A stretch of DNA of 64,000 nucleotides, from NCBI GenBank assembly GCA_028285005.1, contig JANQQP010000004.1, positions 53,261 to 117,260 of the forward strand, written 5' to 3'. The DNA is from Dehalococcoidia bacterium (GTDB taxonomy: Bacteria; Chloroflexota; Dehalococcoidia; Lucifugimonadales; Lucifugimonadaceae). The notes under the pieces were generated by a model. It was not told the DNA's origin and did no database searches. It was given only the letters and a program-made list of their open reading frames with translations. Shown piece after piece: positions 21,715-30,792 of this stretch. The position numbers and the translations under genes are program-made. How positions within the stretch are numbered: the stretch's first letter is position 1; every line of letters starts with the position of its first letter.

Positions 21715-22665
21715 ATGAAACTACGTGGCAATAAGCGATTGCTCGGTCTTCTACTTGCGCCGTTCGCGCTGCTGACGGCGTGTGTCGGCCTGACTCCTGA
21801 AGAGCAGGCTGAGTACAAAGAGCTTCAGGCGGAAGTGCGAAGAATCCAGGTGGAAGAGATCCAGCCACGCCAGAGCGAGCTTAATGAGATCATCGAGGGC
21901 AAGCTGGTCGTCGATGTCACCGAGATCCAGGAGAGGGTCAATCAGATCCGCAACGAGCGACTGGCTCCTCTCGATGAACAGTTGGCATCACTGAAATCAG
22001 GCGATCCGGTCTTTGCTGCTCCGGGGACGCGTCTTGAGCTGGAAGAGCTAAACGGTCGCCTGAACGAACTGACGCAGCTTTACGCCGCGATTCAGGCCCA
22101 GATCGATGAGCACCGAGGCCAGATGCTCGCGGCGAAGGCCGCAGCTGCTGAGCAGCTGGAGGCTCAGATCTCTGAACTGGAGCTGGAACTCAAAGAGGCC
22201 GAGACTGACGATGCCGCTGAGTTGATCCTGGAACAGATTGCCATTCTCACCGAAGAGATTGGGGCACGTAAGTCCGCGATCATCGATCAGTTCGAAATCT
22301 TGATCCACGGTCTTGAGATCTCGCTGCACGATGTGTCGGAAGAGAAGGAAGACGTGGTCCGCAAGATCCACGAGCTGGAACTCTCAGCTCCAGAGGAACT
22401 TGAGAAGACGATCAACGAACTCGAGAACCAGATCGAGACGATCGTCACCAAGGAGCTTAGGCCTCTCATTGAGCAGCTGAACGAGGCAACAGCCGGTGGC
22501 GATCCTAACGCAGCGCTCCGTGAGCGTCTGAGGGCCGAGATCGAAGAGTGGCTCTCGAAGCTGGCATCGACTCGGGCTCGAATCAACGAGCTGACTGCGA
22601 AGTCCTTCCAGTCACTGCTCGGCGGACTTGACCTTGGCGGCCTCTCTGGCCTTGGCACCAGGTAG
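21715..22665 (+). CDS. coiled-coil lipoprotein, unknown function
   Basis: There is a signal peptide with a lipobox (LLAPFALLTACVG). This is followed by about 290 aa of E/L/Q/I-rich heptad-like sequence and a short G/L-rich tail. Confidence 0.6.
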   Translation: MKLRGNKRLLGLLLAPFALLTACVGLTPEEQAEYKELQAEVRRIQVEEIQPRQSELNEIIEGKLVVDVTEIQERVNQIRNERLAPLDEQLASLKSGDPVFAAPGTRLELEELNGRLNELTQLYAAIQAQIDEHRGQMLAAKAAAAEQLEAQISELELELKEAETDDAAELILEQIAILTEEIGARKSAIIDQFEILIHGLEISLHDVSEEKEDVVRKIHELELSAPEELEKTINELENQIETIVTKELRPLIEQLNEATAGGDPNAALRERLRAEIEEWLSKLASTRARINELTAKSFQSLLGGLDLGGLSGLGTR

Positions 22666-22690
22666 AGACTGTTAAGAACCAAGTTGTGAC

Positions 22691-22725
22691 AGAGAACGGC
22701 CGGTGAACTTCACCGGCCGTTCTCT
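22691..22725. terminator. bidirectional terminator-like hairpin between the coiled-coil gene and argB
   Basis: A perfect 16-bp inverted repeat, AGAGAACGGCCGGTGA / TCACCGGCCGTTCTCT, with a 3-nt loop. It lies between two convergent stop codons. There is no U-tract on either side. Confidence 0.6.
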
Positions 22726-22754
22726 CATTGGTGCGTAGTCAGATCCGAGTCACG

Positions 22755-23579
22755 TCAGGTGATGCGTGTGCCGATGTCTTCGCCTGCGCAGCACCTGAGC
22801 AGGGCTCCTGCCTCCCGGCCGTCGATTATGTGACCCGAGCCGACGGTCTCCAGTGCGTCTGCGCAGGCTTCGATCTTGGGGATCATTCCGCCTGCTGCGA
22901 TTCCACCAGCAATCAGGTCGTATGCCTGGCGCTTCGTCATGCGCGGTATGAGCCTTCTCGTGGCGTCCAACACACCTGCAACGTCGGTCTGGAAGACGAG
23001 CCTGTCTGCACCGAGGGCTCGAGCTATGTGACCGGCGGATGTGTCGGCATTGATATTCAGGATGCGTGTCGACGGCGTGGCCTCTTCGGCATCGTCTGGC
23101 GCCTCGGGGGACGCTGCCAACAGTGCGATGGGCGCTATGACCGGTATCGCGCCGGAGTTGAGCAGCGAGTCGACGGTTGTCGTGTCGGTCTCAACCACTT
23201 CACCCACGTAGCCGAGCTCTTCATCCTTCACATTGGCTTTGAGCATGCCTCCGGAGACGCCTGAGAGCCCAACAGCGGTCGCATCGTGGGCTGCAAACTC
23301 GGCAACCAGCTCTGAGTTCACGAGTCCCGCGAGAACAGCAACGGCGACATCCAGTGTGGAGCGGTCAGTCTTGCGCAAACCGCGGACGAACTCGGGCTGG
23401 ATACCCTGCATCGCCACCCACTGTGAGATCACCTTGCCGCCGCCATGCACAACGACAGGCCTCGCGCCTCGATTCCACAGGTCGACGATGTCCGGAACCG
23501 TGCTGTCGCCCTCGCCGAGAGTGGAGCCGCCGATCTTGATGACGATGGTTTTGCCGGAGACATCTCCGCTGCTCACCAT
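22755..23579 (-). CDS. argB: acetylglutamate kinase
   Basis: Amino-acid-kinase fold with ArgB blocks (IVIKIGGSTLG, PVVVHGGG, NINADTSAGHIA). Confidence 0.93.
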   Translation of the reverse strand: MVSSGDVSGKTIVIKIGGSTLGEGDSTVPDIVDLWNRGARPVVVHGGGKVISQWVAMQGIQPEFVRGLRKTDRSTLDVAVAVLAGLVNSELVAEFAAHDATAVGLSGVSGGMLKANVKDEELGYVGEVVETDTTTVDSLLNSGAIPVIAPIALLAASPEAPDDAEEATPSTRILNINADTSAGHIARALGADRLVFQTDVAGVLDATRRLIPRMTKRQAYDLIAGGIAAGGMIPKIEACADALETVGSGHIIDGREAGALLRCCAGEDIGTRIT

Positions 23580-23690
23580 GGCGCGCTCCGACCGGTGCCT
23601 GACGCGACTTCGCTGAAAAAGCTAGCGTTCAGCCGCTTCTCTGCTGGAGCGGTGTCTGATGGGTTTGACACGTGGACCGTCTCAGCAGGA

Positions 23691-24908
23691 TCAGGTGGTG
23701 TAGGCGGAGTTAAAGACGACGTACTCTTCAGTGAGATCGCAACCCCAGGCGGTGCCTCGACCCTCACCAACGTTGAGTTCGACGCGAAGACGCACCTCGT
23801 CCTGGCCGAGGGCTGAAACGACGCTCTGTACGTTGTACGCAATCGCCTTGCCTTCGGCGACGATCTGGATATCGTTTATGAAGACGCGAATCTTGGGCTC
23901 TTCAAGATTTATCTGGCTCTTGCCCAAGGCCATCAGGATGCGTCCCCAGTTCGGGTCGCGTCCATAGATGGCCGTCTTGACCAGTAGAGAGGACGCGATC
24001 GAGCGGGCCGCCTTACGAGCGTCTTCGTGAGACTCGGCGCCTTCGACCTTTGCCTCGATCAGGGTGCGGGCACCTTCGCCATCTCGAGCGATCTCTCTCG
24101 CCAGGTGCCTGGCTACGACGAACAGCGCCTGCTTGAACTCCTCTGAGGCCTCGTCTCCGCCTGCGATGGTCGGATTTCCGGCAGCACCGTTTGCCATCAG
24201 AAGCACAGTGTCGTTCGTGCTCTGGTCGCCATCAATGTCGATCTGGTTGAAGGTGAGCTGCACGACTTCACGCAGCGATTGGCGCATGAAGGCGTTCTCA
24301 ACCTCGGCATCCGTCGTGATGAATGCCAGCATGGTTGCCATGTTCGGGTGGATCATGCCGGCGCCCTTGGAGACGCCTCCGATTGTCACAGTTGAACCAC
24401 CGACGTTGAAGCTGGCTGCGATGTGCTTAGTGCGAGTGTCTGTTGTGAGGATGGCGTTCGCGAACTCGTCGCCCCCGTCCTCTTTGAGCGTGATCTGAGG
24501 GACATGGTCCCTGATCAGGGCCATAGGCAGCTCAACACCGATCACTCCTGTGGATGCAACTGCCACTTCGTCCGAGTTGACGCCGAGCTTGTCTGCTGCG
24601 ATTGCAGCCATCTCCTCGGCATCCTTGAGGCCATATTCGCCTACTGCGCAGTTGGCGCAACCGCTGTTGGCTATGACACCCCGGATTGTCCGGCCTGATT
24701 CAACAAGGCCCTTCGTCACGGTCACCGAGGGGGAGATCACCGAGTTCTGACTGAAGGTTCCAGCTGTGTCACACGGGCGATCTGAGTAGATGAGCCCGAT
24801 GTCGAGCTTTCCTTCACCCTGGGTCTTGATTCCAGCGAATACTCCGCCCGCTGAGAACCCGATAGGTGATGTAACGCTGCCGGTCTGGACGATCTTGATG
24901 TCACTCAT
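23691..24908 (-). CDS. argJ: bifunctional ornithine acetyltransferase / N-acetylglutamate synthase
   Basis: 405 aa with ArgJ blocks, including the self-cleavage region (ATMLAFITTDA) and GCANCAVGEYG. It ends in ...FNSAYTT, as ArgJ proteins typically do. Confidence 0.95.
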   Translation of the reverse strand: MSDIKIVQTGSVTSPIGFSAGGVFAGIKTQGEGKLDIGLIYSDRPCDTAGTFSQNSVISPSVTVTKGLVESGRTIRGVIANSGCANCAVGEYGLKDAEEMAAIAADKLGVNSDEVAVASTGVIGVELPMALIRDHVPQITLKEDGGDEFANAILTTDTRTKHIAASFNVGGSTVTIGGVSKGAGMIHPNMATMLAFITTDAEVENAFMRQSLREVVQLTFNQIDIDGDQSTNDTVLLMANGAAGNPTIAGGDEASEEFKQALFVVARHLAREIARDGEGARTLIEAKVEGAESHEDARKAARSIASSLLVKTAIYGRDPNWGRILMALGKSQINLEEPKIRVFINDIQIVAEGKAIAYNVQSVVSALGQDEVRLRVELNVGEGRGTAWGCDLTEEYVVFNSAYTT

Positions 24909-25510
24909 TGCGATTTCTACGTGAGATGAGTTCTTATCGGTGTGGGTCCCGTTCTGGCGCGTTGGGCCACGAGGCCTACCGGTTCAGAGTGGGTTCGAAG
25001 GAGCGCAGTTCAGGCGCCGGATCGTTGGCGAGTATAGCAGCGGGACGATTGACGAATGGGCTTGCAGCATGGTCCATTCAGGCTACTGCTGCCACGCCTT
25101 GAAATGCGTCCATCGCCTGCTGTTCGAGTTGCGTTAGCTTTGGCTGCGATTCGCCTTGCGCTTCGGCCACACCCCATTCTCCCAACGCCGCCAGAAGGCG
25201 CTGAATGGCATCTTGGCCCGATTGGACTTCTATATCGGTGGCCTGAGGCGAATCTTGCATCTGAAAAGGGTAAAGAAACGGTAAAGACCGTGCCTTCGTC
25301 AACGACTACGAGGTTGCGCAATTCTTGCGGTTTCAGGGCATCGATCGCAGCCCTATTTCGTCCCACTGAGGGCAGGCACGCAACGTCAGTTGATACCGGG
25401 GCACACGATGCATCGGTACCTGCCTCCGTTCTCTAACTTGCGCGCCAGCAATACGATCTTGCGCATCGCAAGTTCCCACCTGCTTTGGAACGCACGGACA
25501 GCCTCACCAA

Positions 25511-26758
25511 ATGAACATTACGATCGTTGTTGACCGCTACTATCCCCACATCGGCGGCATCGAGAGCTACATACGTGGACTGAGCGGCCAGCTAACTGGC
25601 GAGGGGCACCAGATCACGATTCTGAGCGGCCCAGCACCTAATTCGCCAGATGTGGAGATTCTGCCCGAGGCGAGCATCATCAGAACACCGGTTCTGAAAG
25701 ATACTTCGTCTGGACCGCAGAGCGTTCTCGACCGGTCGGGTGATCTGACCAGATTGATGAAGACCACATCGCCGGACGTGGTCTTTGCGAATGGCAATGC
25801 CGCTGTCGGTGCGGTTCTGGCTGCCCAGAGCATGGGCGCCCCAGTTGTCTATGGCTGCCACGGCCTGGGCCTGATGCGTCGATCCCATTTCCATCTGCCG
25901 AGGCACAGTGCTGACAACTGCCGCACCGACAGTGATATGCCTGTGGGGAGGAAGATCCTGAGTCTTGCTACTCAGGCTCTTCGTGTTCGTCGTTACCGCG
26001 GCTACAGGAGCATTCTCGATTCTGCCGACGCCCAGATCGGTGTATCGAACCTGGTGGCAAAGACGTTTGGCGACCAGACGAACACCTCGGCCATCTATCC
26101 GGGTGTTGACCTGGAGACCTTTCGACCCGTTGAAGCAGACGCTTTCAAGAAGCGAATCGGGATCCTTGGCGACTACGTGCTGGCGCCCGGACGACTCGAC
26201 CCGGTCAAGGGGCAGATAGATGCCTTGCTCGCTGTCCACGAGAGCAATCTCGACCTGAGACTGGTGATCGCGGGCAACGCCACGCTCGATCCTCGTTATC
26301 GGTCTGGCATTGGGTCGTATGGGCGCTCCTTGCAGAAGCGGGCGCAGGATCTCGGCATAGCCGATCGCATTGTGTTCACAGGTCTGCTTTCACAGGCGGA
26401 GATGGTCGAGGCTTACTCGGGAGCGGTCGCCACGATTTCTCTGCCCGTCTGGGCTGAGCCGTTCGGCTACGCCGCTGCCGAGTCGATGGCCTGCGGAACT
26501 CCTGTGATCGTCGCCAACAATTCAGGAGTGGCGGAACTGGTGAACGATGAGGTGGGGCAGAGGGTGCCTCGCAGGGACCATGTCGCCGTCGCCCGTGCTC
26601 TGGAGCGGGTTGTGCTGAATAGCGATGAGCTTGGCGTTGCCGCTCGTCGTCGGGTGATGGAAAGACTCTCCTGGCCGAACGTGGCTGCCAAGGTGCTTGA
26701 TGTGTTTGAGCGAGTGCAGAAGAGCGTGCGATCAGCGGTGGTTGCCGCGGCTGCGTAG
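25511..26758 (+). CDS. glycosyltransferase, GT4/GT1-type (GT-B fold)
   Basis: The N-terminus (IVVDRYYPHIGGIESYI) and the C-terminal sugar-nucleotide-binding block (EPFGYAAAESMACGTPVIVANNSGVAELV) are typical of GT4 enzymes. Confidence 0.85.
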   Translation: MNITIVVDRYYPHIGGIESYIRGLSGQLTGEGHQITILSGPAPNSPDVEILPEASIIRTPVLKDTSSGPQSVLDRSGDLTRLMKTTSPDVVFANGNAAVGAVLAAQSMGAPVVYGCHGLGLMRRSHFHLPRHSADNCRTDSDMPVGRKILSLATQALRVRRYRGYRSILDSADAQIGVSNLVAKTFGDQTNTSAIYPGVDLETFRPVEADAFKKRIGILGDYVLAPGRLDPVKGQIDALLAVHESNLDLRLVIAGNATLDPRYRSGIGSYGRSLQKRAQDLGIADRIVFTGLLSQAEMVEAYSGAVATISLPVWAEPFGYAAAESMACGTPVIVANNSGVAELVNDEVGQRVPRRDHVAVARALERVVLNSDELGVAARRRVMERLSWPNVAAKVLDVFERVQKSVRSAVVAAAA

Positions 26759-26792
26759 CGACGAGCGCTTCCAGCTTCAGCCGACCAAGCCC

Positions 26793-27584
26793 TCAGGCTG
26801 CTGCGTCCAGTTCTTCGTCGGTCGAATTGGCTCCATCTGAGATGTCCGACGTATCGGCTGCCTGCGTGAACGGCACGACATTGGACGGTTCGCTCGCGGT
26901 CGTTGACAGCTGTTCCTCGCCGTGAGCGCCCGACTCACTCACCGCATGGCCCCACTTGCCGAGTGCCGTGTAGATCACAGCCAGGGTCAGCAGCTTGATG
27001 TCCAGAAACAGGCTCATCGATCGCGCATAGCGCAGGTCGTAGACAAGCTTTTCAGGCGGCGTGAGATCGTAGTGCCCATAGACCTGTGCCATGCCGGCCA
27101 TGCCCGGCCTGATGCTCAGTCTCTTCTCGAAGTCCGGCGTGTGATCAGTGAACTGAGCGTGCAGTTGCGGTCGCTCTGGCCTTGGACCTACGAGACTCAT
27201 GTGCCCGGCCCAAACATTGAGGACCTGTGGCAGTTCGTCGAGTGCCGTATGCCTGAGAATCTTGCCCACACGAGTGATCCTCGGGTCGTTCCGAGTTGCC
27301 CACACTGCACCTGTGTTCTTTTCGGCGTCGGTGACCATCGATCTAAATTTCCTAAGCGTAAACACCTTGCCGTTCCGCCCGACTCGTCGTTGGGAGTAGA
27401 AGACGGGTCCTCCGTCGTCCAACTTGATTGCCAGCGGGATCAAAGTCCAGAGCAGCAACCAAAGCGGAGCCAGTAGCAGGTGGGCCAGGATGAGCACGAC
27501 GATATCGAATGGTCGCTTGTAGCGTGGTTCGCGGCCGTCTTCAATCGAAATTGTTGGGTTCACGGATTCAGTTCTTATGGCCAT
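26793..27584 (-). CDS. polyprenyl-phosphate sugar-phosphate transferase (bacterial sugar transferase, WbaP/EpsL-like C-terminal domain type)
   Basis: KRPFDIVVLILAHLLLAPLWLL (a TM helix) is followed by RRVGRNGKVFTLRKFRSM and LDELPQVLNVWAGHMSLVGPRPE, the hallmark blocks of the family. Confidence 0.88.
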   Translation of the reverse strand: MAIRTESVNPTISIEDGREPRYKRPFDIVVLILAHLLLAPLWLLLWTLIPLAIKLDDGGPVFYSQRRVGRNGKVFTLRKFRSMVTDAEKNTGAVWATRNDPRITRVGKILRHTALDELPQVLNVWAGHMSLVGPRPERPQLHAQFTDHTPDFEKRLSIRPGMAGMAQVYGHYDLTPPEKLVYDLRYARSMSLFLDIKLLTLAVIYTALGKWGHAVSESGAHGEEQLSTTASEPSNVVPFTQAADTSDISDGANSTDEELDAAA

Positions 27585-27819
27585 TTTCTTGCCGGGCGTC
27601 CATTACATCAGTCATCGTGCGCGCCCTGCTCAATACCTGATGGAATAGATGACGGTCTGGGTTTGAACTCTGACAGCATCGGGCAGCTTGAACAGGCGGA
27701 CGATGTGTCATTGCTCCACATGTCAGTACGTGAGTCCACGCAGAGGCGCTCGTGTTTGCCGTCACTGACCGAGCGACGGTAGACCATCAAACTTGATAGG
27801 CGAGACGCGGAGTTATTAG

Positions 27820-28983
27820 ATGACCGCGACTCCGCTGCTCCTTGAATCGAAACCCGTGTGCAGCCAGTTGGTCACCAAGGACGACACAGAGGACCTGCCC
27901 GCCAACATGCCAGATCTTTCACAGACGATATCTGCCGTGATCGTCGCTCAGAACGAAGAGGCGACCATCCAGCGCTGCATCAGGTCTGTGCTTTCGCAGT
28001 CTGTACCGGTGAGCGAGGTGATCGTCGTGGATGGAAACTCGACTGATCGCACTCCTATCTACGCAGCTGACCTCGCCAAACGATACGAACAGGTACAGGT
28101 TGTAAGGGAATCTCGGCTGAGTGCCGCAACGGGTCCGGCTGCCGCTCGCAATGCAGGCGCTGAGCTCGCCAGTGGTGATCTGTTGCTGTTTGTTAGCGGT
28201 GATGTCACGTTCGGTTCAGACTATGTCGCGAAGCTCCTCGATCTCATGGAGGACCAACGACTGGATGCCGCGGCTGGCCTTCGATGGAATGTGCGCAACT
28301 CGCTGGTCAGCGGCCTCATGAACGTGCACTACGCGCTTAACTACCGAAATCTATCTGCGTCTTCGAATTCTCCAGCTTTTCTGTCGAGCGATGCGATGGT
28401 CATTAAGGCTGACGTGTTCTGGAATGTCGGGGGGTACGACTCCGTCATGCCTTCGGGCGAGGATATGGACCTTGGCTATCGACTGCGCGGTGCGGGCAGC
28501 AGGATGGGATACGACCGCAGCGCGACGATTTGGCATGAGGGTAGGCGCTTCAGGTCGGTTGCTGACTGGTTTCAACAGCTGAAGTGGTACGGCCGCGGCG
28601 CAGCAGCGCTGGCCAGGGCGCATAGCTGGAGGCTGGAGCGAGCCAGGACCGATTTCCACCAGAACGTCGTTCTGCCGCTTTCGCTCGCCATGACGCTACT
28701 GCTTATCGCGATAGTGGCTGGCTCAGTGCTTGGCCCCGTTATTTGGCCGATTGGAGCAGTGGGCGTGGCCGTGTTGGCAGTCAGATACACCAGGGCGGCT
28801 CTGCGTGTTCAGCAGACTTGCGCGTCTGCCAAAGCACCGGGTCAGTTGTTGCCGGGCGACATCCTGCTTTATCCACTGTTCAGGGCCGTTCGATACGCAG
28901 CGTTGTCTGCGTTTACGTGGCAGGCGATCTCCAGTTCAGGCGATATCGAGGCTGAGCGTAGTGCCAGGGACGGCGGCATTTGA
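27820..28983 (+). CDS. glycosyltransferase family 2 with C-terminal membrane domain
   Basis: The ATG is preceded by GGAG. The GT-A core is present (SAVIVAQNEEATIQRCIRS, VIVVDGNSTDRT, and a DxD-like GDV), and the C-terminus is hydrophobic. Confidence 0.85.
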   Translation: MTATPLLLESKPVCSQLVTKDDTEDLPANMPDLSQTISAVIVAQNEEATIQRCIRSVLSQSVPVSEVIVVDGNSTDRTPIYAADLAKRYEQVQVVRESRLSAATGPAAARNAGAELASGDLLLFVSGDVTFGSDYVAKLLDLMEDQRLDAAAGLRWNVRNSLVSGLMNVHYALNYRNLSASSNSPAFLSSDAMVIKADVFWNVGGYDSVMPSGEDMDLGYRLRGAGSRMGYDRSATIWHEGRRFRSVADWFQQLKWYGRGAAALARAHSWRLERARTDFHQNVVLPLSLAMTLLLIAIVAGSVLGPVIWPIGAVGVAVLAVRYTRAALRVQQTCASAKAPGQLLPGDILLYPLFRAVRYAALSAFTWQAISSSGDIEAERSARDGGI

Positions 28984-30449
28984 AAGATTCGTTCCTGAGC
29001 CAACGTTTGCAGATGGTGCGTGAACGTGTTTCGGCATGGCATGAACAGGCCCAATCCCTGCGCAAGTCGGTTGTCGAAAGGTTGCGAGAGAAGTCTCTGC
29101 GCACCCGCGTTCTGAGCGCTTTGCACAGAATGTTTGTGCGGCCTTTGCCGCCGCTGGCGATCACGCACATTCAACCGCCGACACTGGTTGTCCTTATGGC
29201 AGGAACTTCCATTGAACAGTATGACCGTGCGGGGCAGTTCGGAAGACTGGCATCTTCGCTTGAGCGACACAGGAAGTACTTTCGCACGGTTCTATTCATG
29301 ACGGCCGACCGCCGAAACTACACAGGCCAGATCGGACTGGACGGTGTACGGCATATCTCCGCGTCTCGACTGTTGCCGACTCTGCTGCCAGACGGCGTGA
29401 GTTTGCTCCTCTCTGGGCTGTTGCGCTTCAGGACTATGCGGAAGGTGACGAGCGTCGTGATACTCGACGAAGAATCAGCAACCGCCGGATGGCTGATTAA
29501 GCGTCTGAGCAGTTCCCAACTCGCACTATCGTCTGGCGCCCCATGGGCTCCGCCTCGACGTATGGATATCGGTGTTAAGCGACGATGGCTGGTGCGGGCG
29601 GCTCTACGGCGACTCGATCGAATCGTCGTATGGCCGTCAGACGAGTCCGACACCGTGAGCGACGCAGCTGCCGAGGGTCTCGAACGGAATCGGTTGCCAG
29701 ACCTTGTCGATGCCGACCTGTTCTGTCCCTTGACGACCACGGACCCTGCGCGTCCACGGACGATCGGTGCATTCATGAGCACCGGCGATGAGGCGGACGC
29801 GAGAGTGATGATGGGTGTGGGAGAGAGGCTTATTCGCCGCAACCCGGGAGCGGTGCTTCGAGTCTTGCTGTCTGGACACGATGCCGAGGTTCGTGCGTCG
29901 GCCCTGCAATCAGAAGTTGCGCAGCGAGGCATTCCCATAGAGTTTCAGGTCTTGCCGCCCGCCGAGATGCTGCCTGACGCAATCGCCCGGCTGCGAATGT
30001 GCCTGGCCTTTTCTGATCCGGAGTCGGTGCGGGGATTGTTGAGGGCAATGTCATCGGGCGTTCCCGGCATCATCGTCAGACCATCTGCCGATGAGGAAGG
30101 CGAAGCGGAAGCTGAGGTTCCTGGCTGGTCTCACTTTGTGCTGAACTCGTCGCCAACTCAAGAAGAGATCACTCGCAACATCGAGACGCTTTTCAGGGAG
30201 CCGGGAGTGCGGCTCAGGATGGCTAGAGAGGGACGGCGTTTCGTCGTCGCCAAGCATTCCCTCAAGGCGCTGGCTGCCGAGGAGTCGAAGTTTCTACTCG
30301 GGCAGGACCTGTTCGAAGAGTTGAATCCAATCGTGGAACCCGAGTTCGATCCCGATGCAGAGGCGGAAAAGCTGGCCCAGATGCTCGAAGGGCTGGGCGT
30401 TACGCGCACGGAGTCTCAGGATGCGGAAGGGCTGGAAGCCGCGGCTTAA
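28980..30449 (+). CDS. hypothetical protein, weakly GT-B glycosyltransferase-like
   Basis: 489-aa ORF whose putative TTG start overlaps the GT2 stop (TTGA); an alternative ATG lies at 29013. The C-terminal part (LLRAMSSGVPGIIV...) weakly resembles GT1/GT4 nucleotide-sugar binding domains. The function is not supported beyond genomic context. Confidence 0.5.
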   Translation: MKDSFLSQRLQMVRERVSAWHEQAQSLRKSVVERLREKSLRTRVLSALHRMFVRPLPPLAITHIQPPTLVVLMAGTSIEQYDRAGQFGRLASSLERHRKYFRTVLFMTADRRNYTGQIGLDGVRHISASRLLPTLLPDGVSLLLSGLLRFRTMRKVTSVVILDEESATAGWLIKRLSSSQLALSSGAPWAPPRRMDIGVKRRWLVRAALRRLDRIVVWPSDESDTVSDAAAEGLERNRLPDLVDADLFCPLTTTDPARPRTIGAFMSTGDEADARVMMGVGERLIRRNPGAVLRVLLSGHDAEVRASALQSEVAQRGIPIEFQVLPPAEMLPDAIARLRMCLAFSDPESVRGLLRAMSSGVPGIIVRPSADEEGEAEAEVPGWSHFVLNSSPTQEEITRNIETLFREPGVRLRMAREGRRFVVAKHSLKALAAEESKFLLGQDLFEELNPIVEPEFDPDAEAEKLAQMLEGLGVTRTESQDAEGLEAAA

Positions 30450-30792
30450 GACCGATGGCAGAGTTACGCTAAGCCCGGCTGCTTGACGGCGAACTCGTCC
30501 GTACGTCTCAAAGAACCCGATATCTGCCAGTTAGTGCGCAGTTCCGCTGACCAATAAATCCGTATAGGCCAGGTTGGCATCTAAGTATTAGTAAGTTGCC
30601 GTTTGAGGCCAGCGTATTCGCCTTCGAGGCGAAGTTTGGTGCGCCTGGGCCCGTCCTGCGGCGAATCTGGCGTGAATTCCTGCCGAATTCACGCTCGACA
30701 CCCTAAGTTGCGCCTCATAACCTATGAACGGCACCGAGTATGCACTTGTCACACAATGGAATGGGACTAACACCGGAAGGTGACGAACAGAT

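Noticed and set aside
25010-25436. 118-aa minus-strand and 126-aa plus-strand ORFs in the argJ-upstream gap
   Set aside because: They overlap each other, are Arg/Ala-rich and lack ribosome-binding sites. Only the 74-aa frame (25078-25302) looks remotely protein-like, and it is kept as a low-interest finding rather than a feature.
30615-30640. Small hairpin TTCGCC-TTCGA-GGCGAA followed by GTTTGG, considered as the terminator of the glycan-cluster gene ending at 30449
   Set aside because: It has only 6 bp, lies about 165 nt past the stop and has a weak U-tract. That is not strong enough to call.
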